Source: Octopus sinensis (taxonomy: Eukaryota). From it: a stretch of DNA of 64,000 nt. Numbering within the stretch: position 1 is the stretch's first letter; every line of letters begins with the position of its first letter. The notes beneath the pieces were generated by a model. It had not been told where the DNA came from, made no database searches, and was given only the letters and a program-made list of their open reading frames with translations. The stretch lies in assembly GCF_006345805.1 (NCBI RefSeq), contig NC_042999.1:19468001-19532000 (forward strand). Reading direction: 5' to 3'. Shown here piece after piece: positions 26,044 through 39,102 of this stretch. The translations under genes were made by a program, and so were the position numbers.

Positions 26044-26193
26044 TAATAATAATAATAATAAATAATAATAATAATAATGATAATAATAACAACAACCATA
26101 CTAATAATAATGATAACAATAATAAGAAGAAGAAGAACAACAACAACAACCATACTAATAATAATAATAATAATAATAAAAACAACAACAACC

Positions 26194-26236
<43 letters not shown>

Positions 26237-26349
26237 TAATAATAATAACAACAACAACAACCATACTACTAATAATAATAATAACAACAATAATAATAAT
26301 AATAATAATAACAACAACAACAACAACCATAATAATAATAGTAATAATG

Positions 26350-26389
<40 letters not shown>

Positions 26390-26522
26390 TAATAACAATA
26401 AGAAGAAGAACAACAACAACCATACTAATAATAATAATAATAATAATAACAACAACAACAACAACAACAAAAACCATAATAATAATAGTAATAATGATAA
26501 TGATGATGATAATAATAATAAC

Positions 26523-26565
<43 letters not shown>

Positions 26566-26655
26566 GGGAAGACACTCTGCAAAAAATGGAAGCAAATTTG
26601 AAAGAAGAAAAAAAAAAATAATAATAATAATAACAGCAAGCATAATAATAATAGT
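25868..26655. repeat. (AAT/AAC)n array with recurring AACCATACT interruptions
   Basis: Direct inspection. Confidence 0.95.
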
Positions 26656-26659
26656 AATT

Positions 26660-26995
26660 CTCTAGTGATGCTAAATTATTGGAAAGAAATGGGAAGCATG
26701 TCAAATATGATGATTTGAAGTGGGAAATAAAAAGTCTAAGGTCATTGAATGAGGTGAGCCTTGTACTTGTCGATGTTGCAAACCCTAAGAATTACGAGCA
26801 AAAAGCTAACAGCGTGGATTGAAAAGATAGGAGTAGGTGTTAGGACAGAGCCTCTACAGAAAATGGCATTGCTCAGAACAGCACAATTCATCTGCAAAGT
26901 TCTTGAAATCTGAATGATGAGTGTTGGGTGAATCGAAGGTTTTGGGTAGCTGATAGCAATGTTGTGTTAAATAAGGAAAGTAATAACTACAACAA
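26660..26995 (+). mobile_element. R4/Dong-clade LINE extreme 3' fragment
   Basis: KYDDLKWEIK..., then after a frameshift LTAWIEKIGVGVRTEPLQKMALLRTAQFICKVLEI*. It lies between the (AAT)n array and an (AAT/AAC)n tail. Confidence 0.7.
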
Positions 26996-27119
26996 TAACA
27001 ACAACAATAATTTTTTTGTTTTTTCCAGTTTATGATTCCAGTTTCATATTGAAGTGGTGTTATTGATGTTATTGTTCATGTATTAACTGCTTGGATTTTA
27101 TTCCATCCGATCAGTTTTG

Positions 27120-27730
27120 AGTTTGAATATTTGATACTACTGCCAAGATTTGCACCCAGGGCCTTAAGTGGTAACAGGTTCAAGGTTGAAATAAATATGA
27201 AGGTTGTGGGCAATGAGGGGAGTGGACATGATACCAATAGTGACTGGCATGCTTGGAAGTTCGAATATTTGCTACTATCACTGAGATCTGCACCCAGGGT
27301 CATAAGTGGTAACAGGATTAAAGAGAAAGAAGGAGATAAACCTGAACAACCATGAGGATTTGAAGTGGGAAATACGAAGGTTGTAAGCAATGAAGGGAGT
27401 GGATGTGATATCAATGGTGACTGGCATGCTTGGAAGTTCGAATATTTGTTACTGTCATCAAGAACTGTACCCATGGTCATATGTGGCAACAGGATCAAAG
27501 AGAAAGAAAGAGAAACACCTGAACAACCATGATGATTTGAAGTGGGAAAAATGAAGGTTTGAGTAATGAAGGGAGTGGAGGTGATACCAATAGTGGCTGG
27601 CATGCTTGGAAATTTCAGCACTCAACTACCAACGTGGCTGAAAAAGATTAGTAGAAATGCTGAGATAGAAGACATACAAAAATCAGCATTTCATGGAAGT
27701 GCAAGAGATTTCTGTGGGGTCCTTTGAAGC
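27120..27730 (+). mobile_element. R4/Dong RLE-coding segment tandemly triplicated (138/177/~175 bp) plus C-terminus
   Basis: Units start T(T/C)GAATATTT at 27123, 27261 and 27438. Translation includes EDLKWEIRRL..VIPIVAGMLG..LPTWLKKI..IQKSAFHGSARDFCGVL*. Confidence 0.72.
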
Positions 27731-27757
27731 AGGGTCAGTAAACAAGTGTGGCTGTGT

Positions 27758-28324
27758 GGTGCAGGAGTGGCTGTGTGCTAAGTAGCTTGCTTACGAACTA
27801 CATGGTTCCGGGTTCATTCCCACTGCATGGCACCTTGGGCAAGTGTCTTCTACTATAGCCTCGCGCTGACCAAAGCATGGTGAGTGGATTTGGTAGACGG
27901 AAACTGAAAGAAGTTCATTGTATATTACTCTCTTTTTTTACTCTTTTACTTGTTTCAGTCATTTGACTGCGGCCATACTGGAGCACCGCCTTTAATCGAG
28001 CAACTCGACCCCGGGACTTATTCTTTTGTAAGCCCAGTACTTATTCTATCAGTCTCTTTTGCCGAACGCCAAGTAACGGGGATGTAAACACAACAGCATC
28101 GGTTGTCAAGCAATGCTAGGGGGACAAACATACACGCACACACACATATATATATATACATATATACGACGGGCTTCTTTCAGTTTCCGCCTACAAAATC
28201 CACTCACAAGGCATTGGTCGGCCGGGGCTATAGCAGAAGACACTTGCCCAAGGTGCCACGCAGTGGGACTGAACCCGGAACCATGTGGTTGGTAAGCAAG
28301 CTACTTACCACACAGCCACTCCTG
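27758..28324. mobile_element. Inverted pair of family A SINEs (head + at 27758-27922; full copy - at 27928-28324)
   Basis: Same head sequence in opposite orientations. Confidence 0.8.
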
Positions 28325-29034
28325 ATGTGTATATATATATATGTTTGTGTGTCTTTGTCCCCCAACATCGCTTGACAACCGATGCTGGTGTGTTTATCAA
28401 CCCCAAAAGGATGGAAGGCAGAGTCAACCTTAGCAGAGTTTGAACTCATGACATGAAGCTAGATGAAGCACCACAAAATGATTCTTCCTGCTCTGCTAAC
28501 AATTCTACCAACATGGTGAACTGGAGACACTCTAACGTGCTTTAGATTTTCTAACACTACAATACTTGATCTGAGTTTTAGAGTATAATTGTTTCAGATC
28601 ATTAATTTTTCACCCATTTAGCTTCATTTTATAAATGTTTTATGGCTTTGTCTCATCCTTCAAGTCATGTGGTGACAGATGATACATTTACCACTAACTA
28701 ACATCCCAAGCCAGTAAGGGACTAAGTGAGATAACACGACCTGTTAGAAACAGCAGTCAAATCTTTCTTACATCACACTCTACTGTCTTTAAAACCTTCA
28801 CAACAGTATTTAAATGAAAACCAAACCAAATTTTTTTATTGATATTTAAAATAATAAACAACTTGGAAAATGTTTTTGAAAAATAGCATTTATATTTTAT
28901 TTCAAAGTTATTTCCTGAAATGCAACTAACATCAATCCCACCCATAAGGGATCGATGCTAGATGTGTTGAAACAATTGTAGTGATTAATAAAAATTCTCA
29001 TGTCTTTCATATTCCATATATATATATATATATA

Positions 29035-30226
29035 CAGGAAGTGTAAGGTGTTTAAGGACATGCCTTTTATGAGTCATTGCTGCACTTTTTGCTAAATCTG
29101 TATAATCTTTGTTTCAGAAAATAATAATGGCAGACCCTCAACTTAATTAAGAAATGAAGAGGCATGCCATTATTGTGGTTGTAAATGCTGAGCATAGCAA
29201 TTTAGAAATATCTCAGTTTTTAAAAGTTACCAGATCTTTTGTCTACAGAGATTTGTAAGGAGCTAGAAACATTCCAAATGCTCTGAAATCATCAGAACAT
29301 TTGAATTTATCCAGCAAGTTCAACAGCCCATTGATTACAATCCCAGAAAGTTCATGTGGTCAATTGTAAATGATCTCCATGTGTCAGAAGGAACAGTCAG
29401 AAATGTTGACCACGAAGACATCTTATATGATGAGAAAAGGTTAGTTTGTCCGAGAAAGCAAATGAAAATCATTACATCAGATCTAAAAGGCTCTGAAACA
29501 AACTGAAAATTCACCAGAAGATTTGATTTGAGTTTTTCTCAAATGAGAAAACCTTCGACCAAGATCAAAATGTTAACAGAAGAAATGACAGATGGTTATG
29601 TGCATACCCTTCTGAAGTTCCAAGTGTTGCACATACAAACTTTCCTGTAACTATCATGGTTTTAGGGGTTGTTAGTAATGAAGGACATGTGATACCTTCT
29701 TACTTCTTTCCACAAGGTCAACTCTGCCACGTACACTGATGTCCTGGAAATAATTGTTAAGCCCTAGATAGACTGTGTATTCAATGGAAGGACATATTTG
29801 TTTCAGTAAGACTCTGCACTATCACACATGGCTCTAGTAACACAGGAATGGATGGCTGAACATTTTCATGATCACATAACCTATAACATTTGGCCTCCTA
29901 ATTCCCCAGATCTCAATCTATTGGAAATGTGAAGCATTTTTGAGAGAGAGGTCAATGAACACACCCATAGCAGCAACGATTCTTTGAAAGCTACCATAGC
30001 CAGAGTAGTGTCCAAAATGAACCAGGATCATTTGATTCAAGCACCTAGATGATTTAGATCTCATAGAGAAGCAGTTGTCGAAGCAGGAGGTGGCTTTATT
30101 GAATAACATTATAGAAAAGAAGGTTTATTTTTTATCCTCATAGCATTTTTTGATAAATAAAGTTATTATCTGTTATTATATATCCGTTTTTATAAACATA
30201 AATCTGTCCTCAAATATTTTATGCAC

Positions 30227-30230
<4 letters not shown>
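29035..30230 (+). mobile_element. Tc1/mariner DD37D (maT-like) transposon, decayed
   Basis: Transposase remnant ~29127-30106: FS(N)EKTF, N.RNDRW, MVLGVVS..G, F(Q)*DSA..H, WPPNSPDLN, EAVVEAGGGFIE*. Degenerate TIRs end in TTT(A/G)AGGACA; TA flanks. Confidence 0.82.
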
Positions 30231-30272
<42 letters not shown>

Positions 30273-31454
30273 TATATATATGTCTATATATGTATGTATA
30301 TACAACATGCTTACTTCCATCAAATCAAACGTATTCACAAGACTGGTTGATCCAGAACTATAACAGAAGACACTTACACCACCTGATCCTTAGATGCCTT
30401 CAGCAATCTATATACACCATGCTGCAAGAATTTGCTTCAGGTGTCTCTGGTTTGGAGACAAATTCTTACAAAAAATATTTTGAAGAACCTGAAAAACTGA
30501 AGAATCAGAAACACTATCTTTTTCCCACTGTCCAAACAGTAAAAGCCTACATAAAAACAACCTGCCACCCAGTTTGACCTCATCACTTGAACCTTCTTCG
30601 ATATTTCCTGCCAATCATTGAGACATTGAAGGACCTGAATGCCACTGCCATTCTTCCTCTTATTAAGTCTTAAAAAAATATCAAAATATCTGATATATGA
30701 CAGAATAGAATGCTGGGAACAGTTTATATGAATTATTAAAGTCTTGGTCAGTTGATCCATATTAAATTGATTGTCCATCCATACATTCCCCAATAATTAT
30801 CAATGCTAGCCACTTTAAAAAGAGGATAAAAAAATGTGGTTGCTACACTATGGTAAAAGCGAAGGATTCATATTTAAATTCAGAAACATTGAGCTAAATA
30901 TTGCAAAGCATATAGTCCTGGCTTGCCAAACCTTCAAAATCCATTTCTTTCATTCTGCAAGCAATAACGGAGAAAAATAACATGCTGCAAGCAAATAATA
31001 TACAAATATGAACTGGCATTGTAAAAGCAAAAAGGATTACCAGAGGGGATGAGTTAGGTGTGTGATTTAAAAACAAGGTAAAAAGGAAAATGAAAAGAGA
31101 AAGATGTGAGGTTGGTGGTTATGAGTGAATTTTATTGCCAAGAGGAGAACACAGTGACATTATTCGGCAAATAAAATACTTTGTGAAAGGAAAATGAAAG
31201 AAACAGAGATATTGTCAATGAAATGTTGCCAACGAAGTAAAGTATAAACAGAATAAAATAAATAATGAAATAAAAGTGGGAAGCAAAATGTAAGAGAAAA
31301 ACGTAAAATATAAAGAAAATATAGTGTAAAATATATGGTTGCAGAGTTGCAGTGTGTGAATCAATGAAAATTCTAAGGGAATAAATGAATGGAAGAATAA
31401 AGGTAAGAATATAAAGAATGTACATGTATGTGTGCATCTGTGTGTGTGTGTGTG

Positions 31455-32495
31455 TCTGTGTGCATAGATTATATATGTGTGTATAAATATAGTACATACA
31501 AATATACATGTGTTTGTGTGTGTGGATGTGTGTGTGTGTGCATAGATTATATATGTGTGTATAAATATAGTACATACATATATACATGTGTTTGTGTGTG
31601 TGTATGTGTGTGTGTGTGTATGTGTGTTGTGCATAGATTATATATGTGTGTGTATAAATATTGTACATACAAATATACATGTGTTTGTGTGTGTGTGCAT
31701 AGATTATATATGTGTATATAAATATAGTACATACAAAAATATATGTGTTTGTGCATGTGGGTGTGTGTGTGTGTGCATAGATTATATATGTGTGTATAAA
31801 TATAGTACATACAAATATACATGTATGTGTGTGTCTGTGTGTGCATAGATTATATATGTGTGTATAAACATAGTACATACAAATATACATGTGTTTGTGT
31901 GTGTGTGTGTGCATAGATTATATATGTGTGTGTATAAATATAGTGCATACAAATATACATGTGTTTGTGTGTGTATAAACATAGTACATACAAATATACA
32001 TGTGTTTGTGTGTGTGTGTGCATAGATTATATATGTGTATATAAATATAGTACATACAAATATATATCTGTTTGTGCATGTGGTTGTGTGTGTGTGCATA
32101 GATTATATATGTGTGTATAAATATAGTACATACAAATATACATGTGTCTGTGTGTGTGCATAGATTATATATGTGTATATAAATATAGTACATACAAATA
32201 TACATGTGTTTGTGTGTGTGTGCATAGATTATATATGTGTATATAAATATAGTACATACAAATATACATGTGTTTGTGTGTGTGTGCATAGATTATATAT
32301 GTGTATATAAATATAGTACATACAAATATATATCTGTTTGTGCATGTGGGTGTGTGTGTGTGCATAGATTATATATGTGTGTGTATAAACATAGTACATA
32401 CAAATATACATGTGTTTGTGTATGTGGATGTGTGTGTGTGCATAGATTATATATGTGTGTATAAATATAGTACATACAAATATACATGTGTGTGT
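31455..32495. repeat. Minisatellite of ~62-90-bp units built from TA/TG microsatellite
   Basis: GCATAGATTATATATGTGT.TATAAA.ATAGTACATACAAATATACATGTG recurs ~14-15 times. Confidence 0.92.
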
Positions 32496-32718
32496 TTATA
32501 CAGGTATATGTCATATATACATATATACATATATCTACTGTGCGTACTATACATAAACAAATGTACATGTATATTTATAGGTAGATAGGTAGAGATAAAT
32601 GTAAACATAAATACATAGATAATATATATATGGATACAAATAAATGCACATAAATACACACACACACACATGCACACATATATATTTATATACATATATG
32701 TATGTATGCATATATATG

Positions 32719-32761
<43 letters not shown>

Positions 32762-32786
<25 letters not shown>

Positions 32787-32928
32787 TAGATAGATAGATA
32801 GATAGATATATACACATACACCCATAGATACCAATACACATGCACACAAACGTGCACACACACATACATACATACATGCACACACACACACATACATAGA
32901 TACATACACACACATGTATGTATGTATA

Positions 32929-33014
<86 letters not shown>

Positions 33015-33126
33015 TATACACATACACCCATAGATACCAATACACATGCACACAAACGTGCACACATACATACATACATACACACACACATACATACATA
33101 GATACATACACACACATGTATGTATA

Positions 33127-33168
<42 letters not shown>
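32762..33168. repeat. ~200-bp tandem duplication of a compound microsatellite
   Basis: CCCATAGATACCAATACACATGCACACAAACGTG occurs twice (~32821, ~33027). Confidence 0.85.
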
Positions 33169-33169
<1 letters not shown>

Positions 33170-33987
33170 CAGGTTGGGTCAAAAGTTTTATGTATTTCAA
33201 GCTTTAATAGTTGAAACAAATTACTTACGTAAAGCATTTATTCCTCAATATATTTGCTTATATATATATATATATATACATATATATACACACATATATA
33301 TACATATATATACATATATAGACAAGAGTTACACAATGGAGTATGGGAAATCAGGGCTACATATATTTCATAACAAGTGGAACGTTAGAAGTGGTAAAAT
33401 CCAAGTGAGGTTTATATCGTTGGCTACTCTTCAGGTCAACAGTATCTTGATTAGATTAGAGGCTACATTGTCACAAGGAGGTGCATGTTGATGCAGATTC
33501 AATCTTTTTGCAGTTCACCAATCTTCAATAAAAGAAAAAAATCTGCAACTTTCTGTCTCAGTAAATCACTATTGTTCCTGAAAGTTGTTTTTCTATATTT
33601 ACTACTGATTGCTCAAATCTAACATTCTTCCTATACCGCAATCGTTGGATCTTGCATTTATATATATACATATAATAAAATAATAAATAAAACATATGCA
33701 TATATACATACATATATGTACGTACCTACATCTATATGTATATATACATGCATATATAGGTACAGGACACCAAAAAAACGCCAAACACAATGAGAAACGA
33801 AAACATAAAAACAGAACCGTGGAAACAGACATTTTTTTAAGCAACGAAAAAACAGTGTGCAAGACATACAACACAAGGAAAATTCCCCTTCTTCAGCCAC
33901 CTCCATTTCATTTACTCCACGTTTCGAAGGTAAAGGTGAGACACGACTTCGATGAAACGGTCCTTCCCGCAAATAATTTGAGATTTG

Positions 33988-34230
33988 AAATTTGTCAATC
34001 TACTTCATTTTGGTTAATATATAAAGGATTGAGGTAACTCCTCCTGAAGATATAGAGTCAAAAATATAGATATAGAGTTATTTTTTGTACCCGTTGAAGA
34101 CACACAATATGTTGAAATATCGTTCACTAGATGACAATGGTACACTTCTTTTAATTTTGACTCTATATCTTCTGGAGCAGTTACCTCAATCCTTTCTATA
34201 TTAACCAAAATGAAGTAGATTGACAAATTT
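33988..34230. mobile_element. MITE-like element with ~75-bp TIRs
   Basis: AAATTTGTCAATCTACTTCATTTTGGTTAATAT... is inverted at 34155-34230. Confidence 0.75.
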
Positions 34231-35436
34231 ATGTTTTGAACCTGCTGAAGACACACAAGATGTCGAAATATCATGAGCATCATCCTTATTATCATTATTT
34301 TCATTAACATTTTGTTACCTAGGTGTAGATAGATAGATGTAATGTATTTGTAGTGTGGATGTATACACACTGACCATTGATGATTTTCTTTGTCGTTTCT
34401 TTTTGTTTTATTTTCTTTTTATTTTCTTTTTTTTTGTTTTATTTTCTTTCTGTTTTATTACAATAGGATGTGCTTAGTGTCCATCTAGACCTCTCAACTC
34501 CCCACTTATCCTTTTGTACTTGACTTTGACAGTTTTAGGATCCAAGGCAAATAGTCATTCATTGAGCAGTAATGAAAAGAGCTTGACAAGAAATATTTGC
34601 ATAACTAAATAGTTTCAAGAATCCTTTTCAAGAATGCATACAAATGCTTGCACAATTCTTTTTCTTTTCAGATGCTAACCCCATCCGCCGCTAGCTACTT
34701 ACTTGTCTTTTGAATTCCACAACCTTGCAGCAGCCACAATCAAAGCAAACATTTTGTGCAAAAAAAGCATGAATCAGAAAAACTGGAATAAATTTAAATA
34801 TTAATAAGCCTCACTCTAGATTAATTAAGAATCTAAAGATATATTTGTTATACTGCTCATGTGTGGCTAAATGAAGATGGGAGTCTCCTGACAAGCTGTT
34901 TCATGTTCTGTTTGCCACTCTTCAGAGAAGATTTATTTGGTTTACTTTCTGTTCAGTAGTTCAGATCAGCTGCTGTGTGAAGTAGTCATAAACAATCTAA
35001 TTAACATATCTTTCATCTTTTAGTTTTTATTGGCTTCAGTCAGTCAAGTGGGATCATGCTGCAGCACTGCCTTGAAGCTTTCAGTTGAACAAATCAACCC
35101 AACTATCTATTTTTCCAAAATTTGGTACTTATCATATTGAACACTTTTTGCCAAATGCTGAGTTACAGAGACATAAATAAACCAACACCAGTTGACAAGT
35201 GATGTGCGGATCAAACACAGACGCAAAGACATACATATGCACATGCAAACACATACACATGCATGCACACATGTACACACACAGAAACACACATACACAT
35301 ATGCACACATGTCATCTAAAAATCCAAAAGATAGAAAAATAGGAATCCCTATATTTGCCAATAGAATGCGGATATTAATCAAAGTATACAGCATTATAGA
35401 TCCATTATAGACAATCTTTTAGCTGGTTTTGCCATG

Positions 35437-35581
35437 GATATTAGGTGGTCAGACAATTATCTTCTAGCTATGGTCATCAGAAATGGTAGGTATGGAAAAA
35501 TGACCCATTTTTTCCATACCTGCTATACTTGCTATCTCTGATGAGCACAGATATTAGTTAATTATCCAGTTACCTAATATC
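35437..35581. repeat. Old imperfect inverted repeat
   Basis: GATATTAGGT..TCATCAGA..GGTATGGAAAAA vs TTTTTCCATACC..TCTGATGA..ACCTAATATC. Confidence 0.55.
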
Positions 35582-36220
35582 TGGTGTGAGACCAAGTGGT
35601 AAGATTAGCTGCAAAGGATCTACAATGCTTGTATTTTGATTAATGTGTTTATGTTTGTATGTGGCGTGGTGTGTTGTCTTGGTGTTTGTGTGTGTGTTAA
35701 TTATACATTTACAAGAAGTGTGAGGTTAGTGACTGCTGAGTATCAACCCGCTAGCCTTCATTAAATTGTCTGCTGAAGATTAGCAGGCCATAACTTCAAA
35801 GTCACTATCATCACTCTTCTTGTTAATGCATAATAAATATGATGTAATTTTTCAGATTCTTCAGCTTAATGTTAAATTGTTCATATCATAAATAGATAAC
35901 AAAACAAGATGTGTGTGTGTGTGTGTGTGTGTACACATGCACACTGAATCTTTCTGAGGGGCAGTCTGTTAGCTTTACCTCTCAGCACACTTGTATATAT
36001 GGATGTATACACTTATATATATTTATATGTATATTACATAAACATCAAAATATTGATGTAATGTATATTATATAATTAATAAGTTTATGAAACAGCTGTA
36101 AACAAATGAAATGAACATCTATTCTCTCACCTCACTTGTCATTTCTGTTCTATTCATACATATATACCGATACATATATAACAAAAAAGTATATGCATAT
36201 ATAAAATATATATGCATATA

Positions 36221-36901
36221 GGCGTAGGAGAGGCTGTGTGGTTCGTAGCTTGCTTACCAACCACGTGGTTCTGGATTCAGTCCCACTGCATGGTATCTTG
36301 GGCAAGTGTCTTCTACTATAGCCTCAGGCCAACCAAAGCATTGTGAGTGAATTTGGTAGATGGAAACTAAAAGAAACCCAACGTATATATGTATATCTAT
36401 ATATATAAAACTCTAGTTGTGTGAGTGTCTGTCCCCTTCGATTTAGATTCCTAACTCCTCCCACATTTTGCGGTGCAGTTTAACCAAATTCGGGTATCTT
36501 ATAGTCGTGATTCATATCGAGCCCGTCTGACTATTAGCGCACGTCAACGATGAGTCTACGATTTTAAAAATAATTTAACATCATTTTTTATTCCATTTTA
36601 ATGCATAAAATGCATCGTGTGTCGATGGCGGCGGAGTTGGTGTCCACGCTCACAGCTGCACCTGTTTGCTTCTCCCCCTTCCCTCCCTCGTGAAGCTGTG
36701 GGGAAGGGAGTGTAAAGAAATCAACGTCGTAATGCGTTGTGAAGGAAACCAGCGTTCTTTTAGAACAACGACTTCATGGCTTGAAGACACCAAAACAAAA
36801 ATGGCTAAGAAAGCCCGAATTTATAAGGGAAGTAACTCTCTAAAAATGCTTATATAGTTATTTCCCTTACAAACCCGAGCAACGCCGGGCGATACTGCTA
36901 G

Positions 36902-36949
<48 letters not shown>

Positions 36950-37182
36950 TTTGTGTGTGTATGTGTGTATGTTTGCGTGTCTGTGTTTGTCCCTACAACA
37001 TCGCTTGAGAGCCAATGTTGGTGTGTTTACATCCCCGTAACTTAGCGGTTTGGCAAAAGTGACCAATAGAATAAGTACCAGGCTTACAAAGAATAAGTCC
37101 TGGGGTCGCTTTGCTTGACTAAAGGCGATGCTCCTGCATGGCCACAGTCAAATGACTGAAACAAGTAAAAGAGTAAAAGAGT
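36221..37182 (+). mobile_element. Family A SINE split by a Helitron
   Basis: Head 36221-36390; tail ~36965-37182. Confidence 0.75.
36396..36901 (+). mobile_element. Non-autonomous Helitron nested in a SINE's microsatellite linker
   Basis: 5' TCTATATATATAAA; 3' CCCGAGCAACGCCGGG..CTAG. Confidence 0.82.
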
Positions 37183-37877
37183 ATTTATGTTTATACCTAT
37201 ATGGATATATGTATGTATATATGTATGTATGTGTATATATATGCATGTATATATGTATGTGTGTGTTTGTGTGTTTTTATGTATATGACAGGTTTCAATG
37301 CAGCTTCTGGTCTACCAAATTTACCTAGAAGACATTAGTCTGCCCGGAGTTACAGTAGGAGTTATTTGCTCTTGAGACTATACAGTAGGATTGAACTCCA
37401 AGCCACATGGTTACAAACCACATTTCTTAGCCACGCAGCCACACCTGCAGCCATATATCTGTGCTGTTGACATCTTCACTGATGAGCAGACAACAAACCA
37501 TGAAACTGTGTCGAAACAGTCACTCCTTCTTTTTACGCATAAAATAGCATAAAATGTCCTTACATTTATATTTTCTCCACAGTGAGGCTTTGTAACATCA
37601 ACTTTCATTATCTTATTTTTCATTTACAATGTGTTGTAAATAAAGTAGATATTGTTTAATTAATGACAAGTTAACAGAGCACAATTATGTAAATTAGACT
37701 ATTCATCAGGGTGTTTGTCGAATTCATTATTGCTTATTAAAATTCTACAGATTGGAGAAGAAAGCAAGGTGTGTTGTCTCTAAGAATCAGACAACAAACC
37801 ATGAAATGTTCACCTAGAGATTTCCATTTTCACCCAAAGGGAGGCTTTGTTATATTACAATATATACATACATATAT

Positions 37878-38200
37878 ATCATCATCATCATCGTCTAACA
37901 TCCGTTTTCCATGCTAACATGGGTCAGATGGTTCAACCGGGACTGGGAGGCCAGGAGGCTGCGCCATTCTCCATTCTGATCTGGCCATGTTTCTACAGCT
38001 GGATGCCCTTCCTAATGCCAACCACTCCATGAGTGTCATGGGTGCTTTTAACGTGCCACCGGCACAAGAGACAGAGGAGGCTAGCAAATGGCCACGATCG
38101 GTTGGTGCATTTTAAATGTCACCAACACGGACTCCAGTTAGGTGACACTGGCATTGGCCATGTTTGGATGGTACTTTTCACGTGCCACTGGCACAGGTAT
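37878..38200 (-). mobile_element. RTE 3'UTR fragment
   Basis: (CAT)n tail, GATGCCCTTCCTAATGCCAACC and GGTGCTTTTAACGTGCCACC units. Confidence 0.75.
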
Positions 38201-38261
38201 CACAACTACAATATCCATTTGATTTTGTGTATATATAAATATATATATATTTATTTACGAT

Positions 38262-38687
38262 CCACGTCTTTCAGTTTTTGTCTACCATATCTACTCACAA
38301 GGCTTCGGTTAACCCGAGGCTATAGAAGGAGACATTTTCACGAGGTGCCATGCAGTTGGACTGAACTCAGAACCATGAGGTTGCAAATCAAGTTTCTTAC
38401 CACACAGCCATGCTAATGCCTATATATATATATATGTGTATAGGGAGAGTTTACGAAAAAAACAAAAGACTAAGACAGGTGGTGTACAAAACAAACAGAT
38501 GTATTAGTATAACACTCAGGAATAGAAAATGTCTTTTACGTTTTGAGCCTACACTCCTCTAAAGAAAGGGAATATATATATATGTATCACTGCGTGGCAC
38601 CTCGGGCAAGTGCCTTCTACTAGAGCCACGGACCAACCAAAGCCTTGTAAGTGGATTTGGTAGACGGAAACTGAAAGAAGCCTGACG

Positions 38688-38720
<33 letters not shown>

Positions 38721-38946
38721 ATATGTTTGTGTGTCAGTGTTTGTCCCCTCAACATCACTTGACAACTGATGCTGGTGTGTTTACATCCCTGTAACTTAGC
38801 AGCTCGGCAAAAGAGATCAATAGAATAAGTATTCGGTTTACAAAGAATAAGTCCTGGGGTTGATTTGCTCGGCTAAAAGCAGTATTCCAGCATGGCCACA
38901 GTCAAATGACTGAAACAAGCAAAAGAGTAAAAGAGAGTAAAAGAGC
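38262..38946. mobile_element. Family A SINE pieces (- 38262-38415; + 38589-38946)
   Basis: Family A motifs. Confidence 0.7.
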
Positions 38947-38948
38947 AA

Positions 38949-38992
<44 letters not shown>

Positions 38993-39044
38993 TCATCATC
39001 ATCATCATCGTCGTCGTTTAACGATGATGATGATGATGATGATG

Positions 39045-39102
<58 letters not shown>

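Noticed and set aside
37471-37530. CTGATGAG...CGAAACAGTC hammerhead-like string
   Set aside because: Core words are present, but stem I cannot form and stem II is poor.
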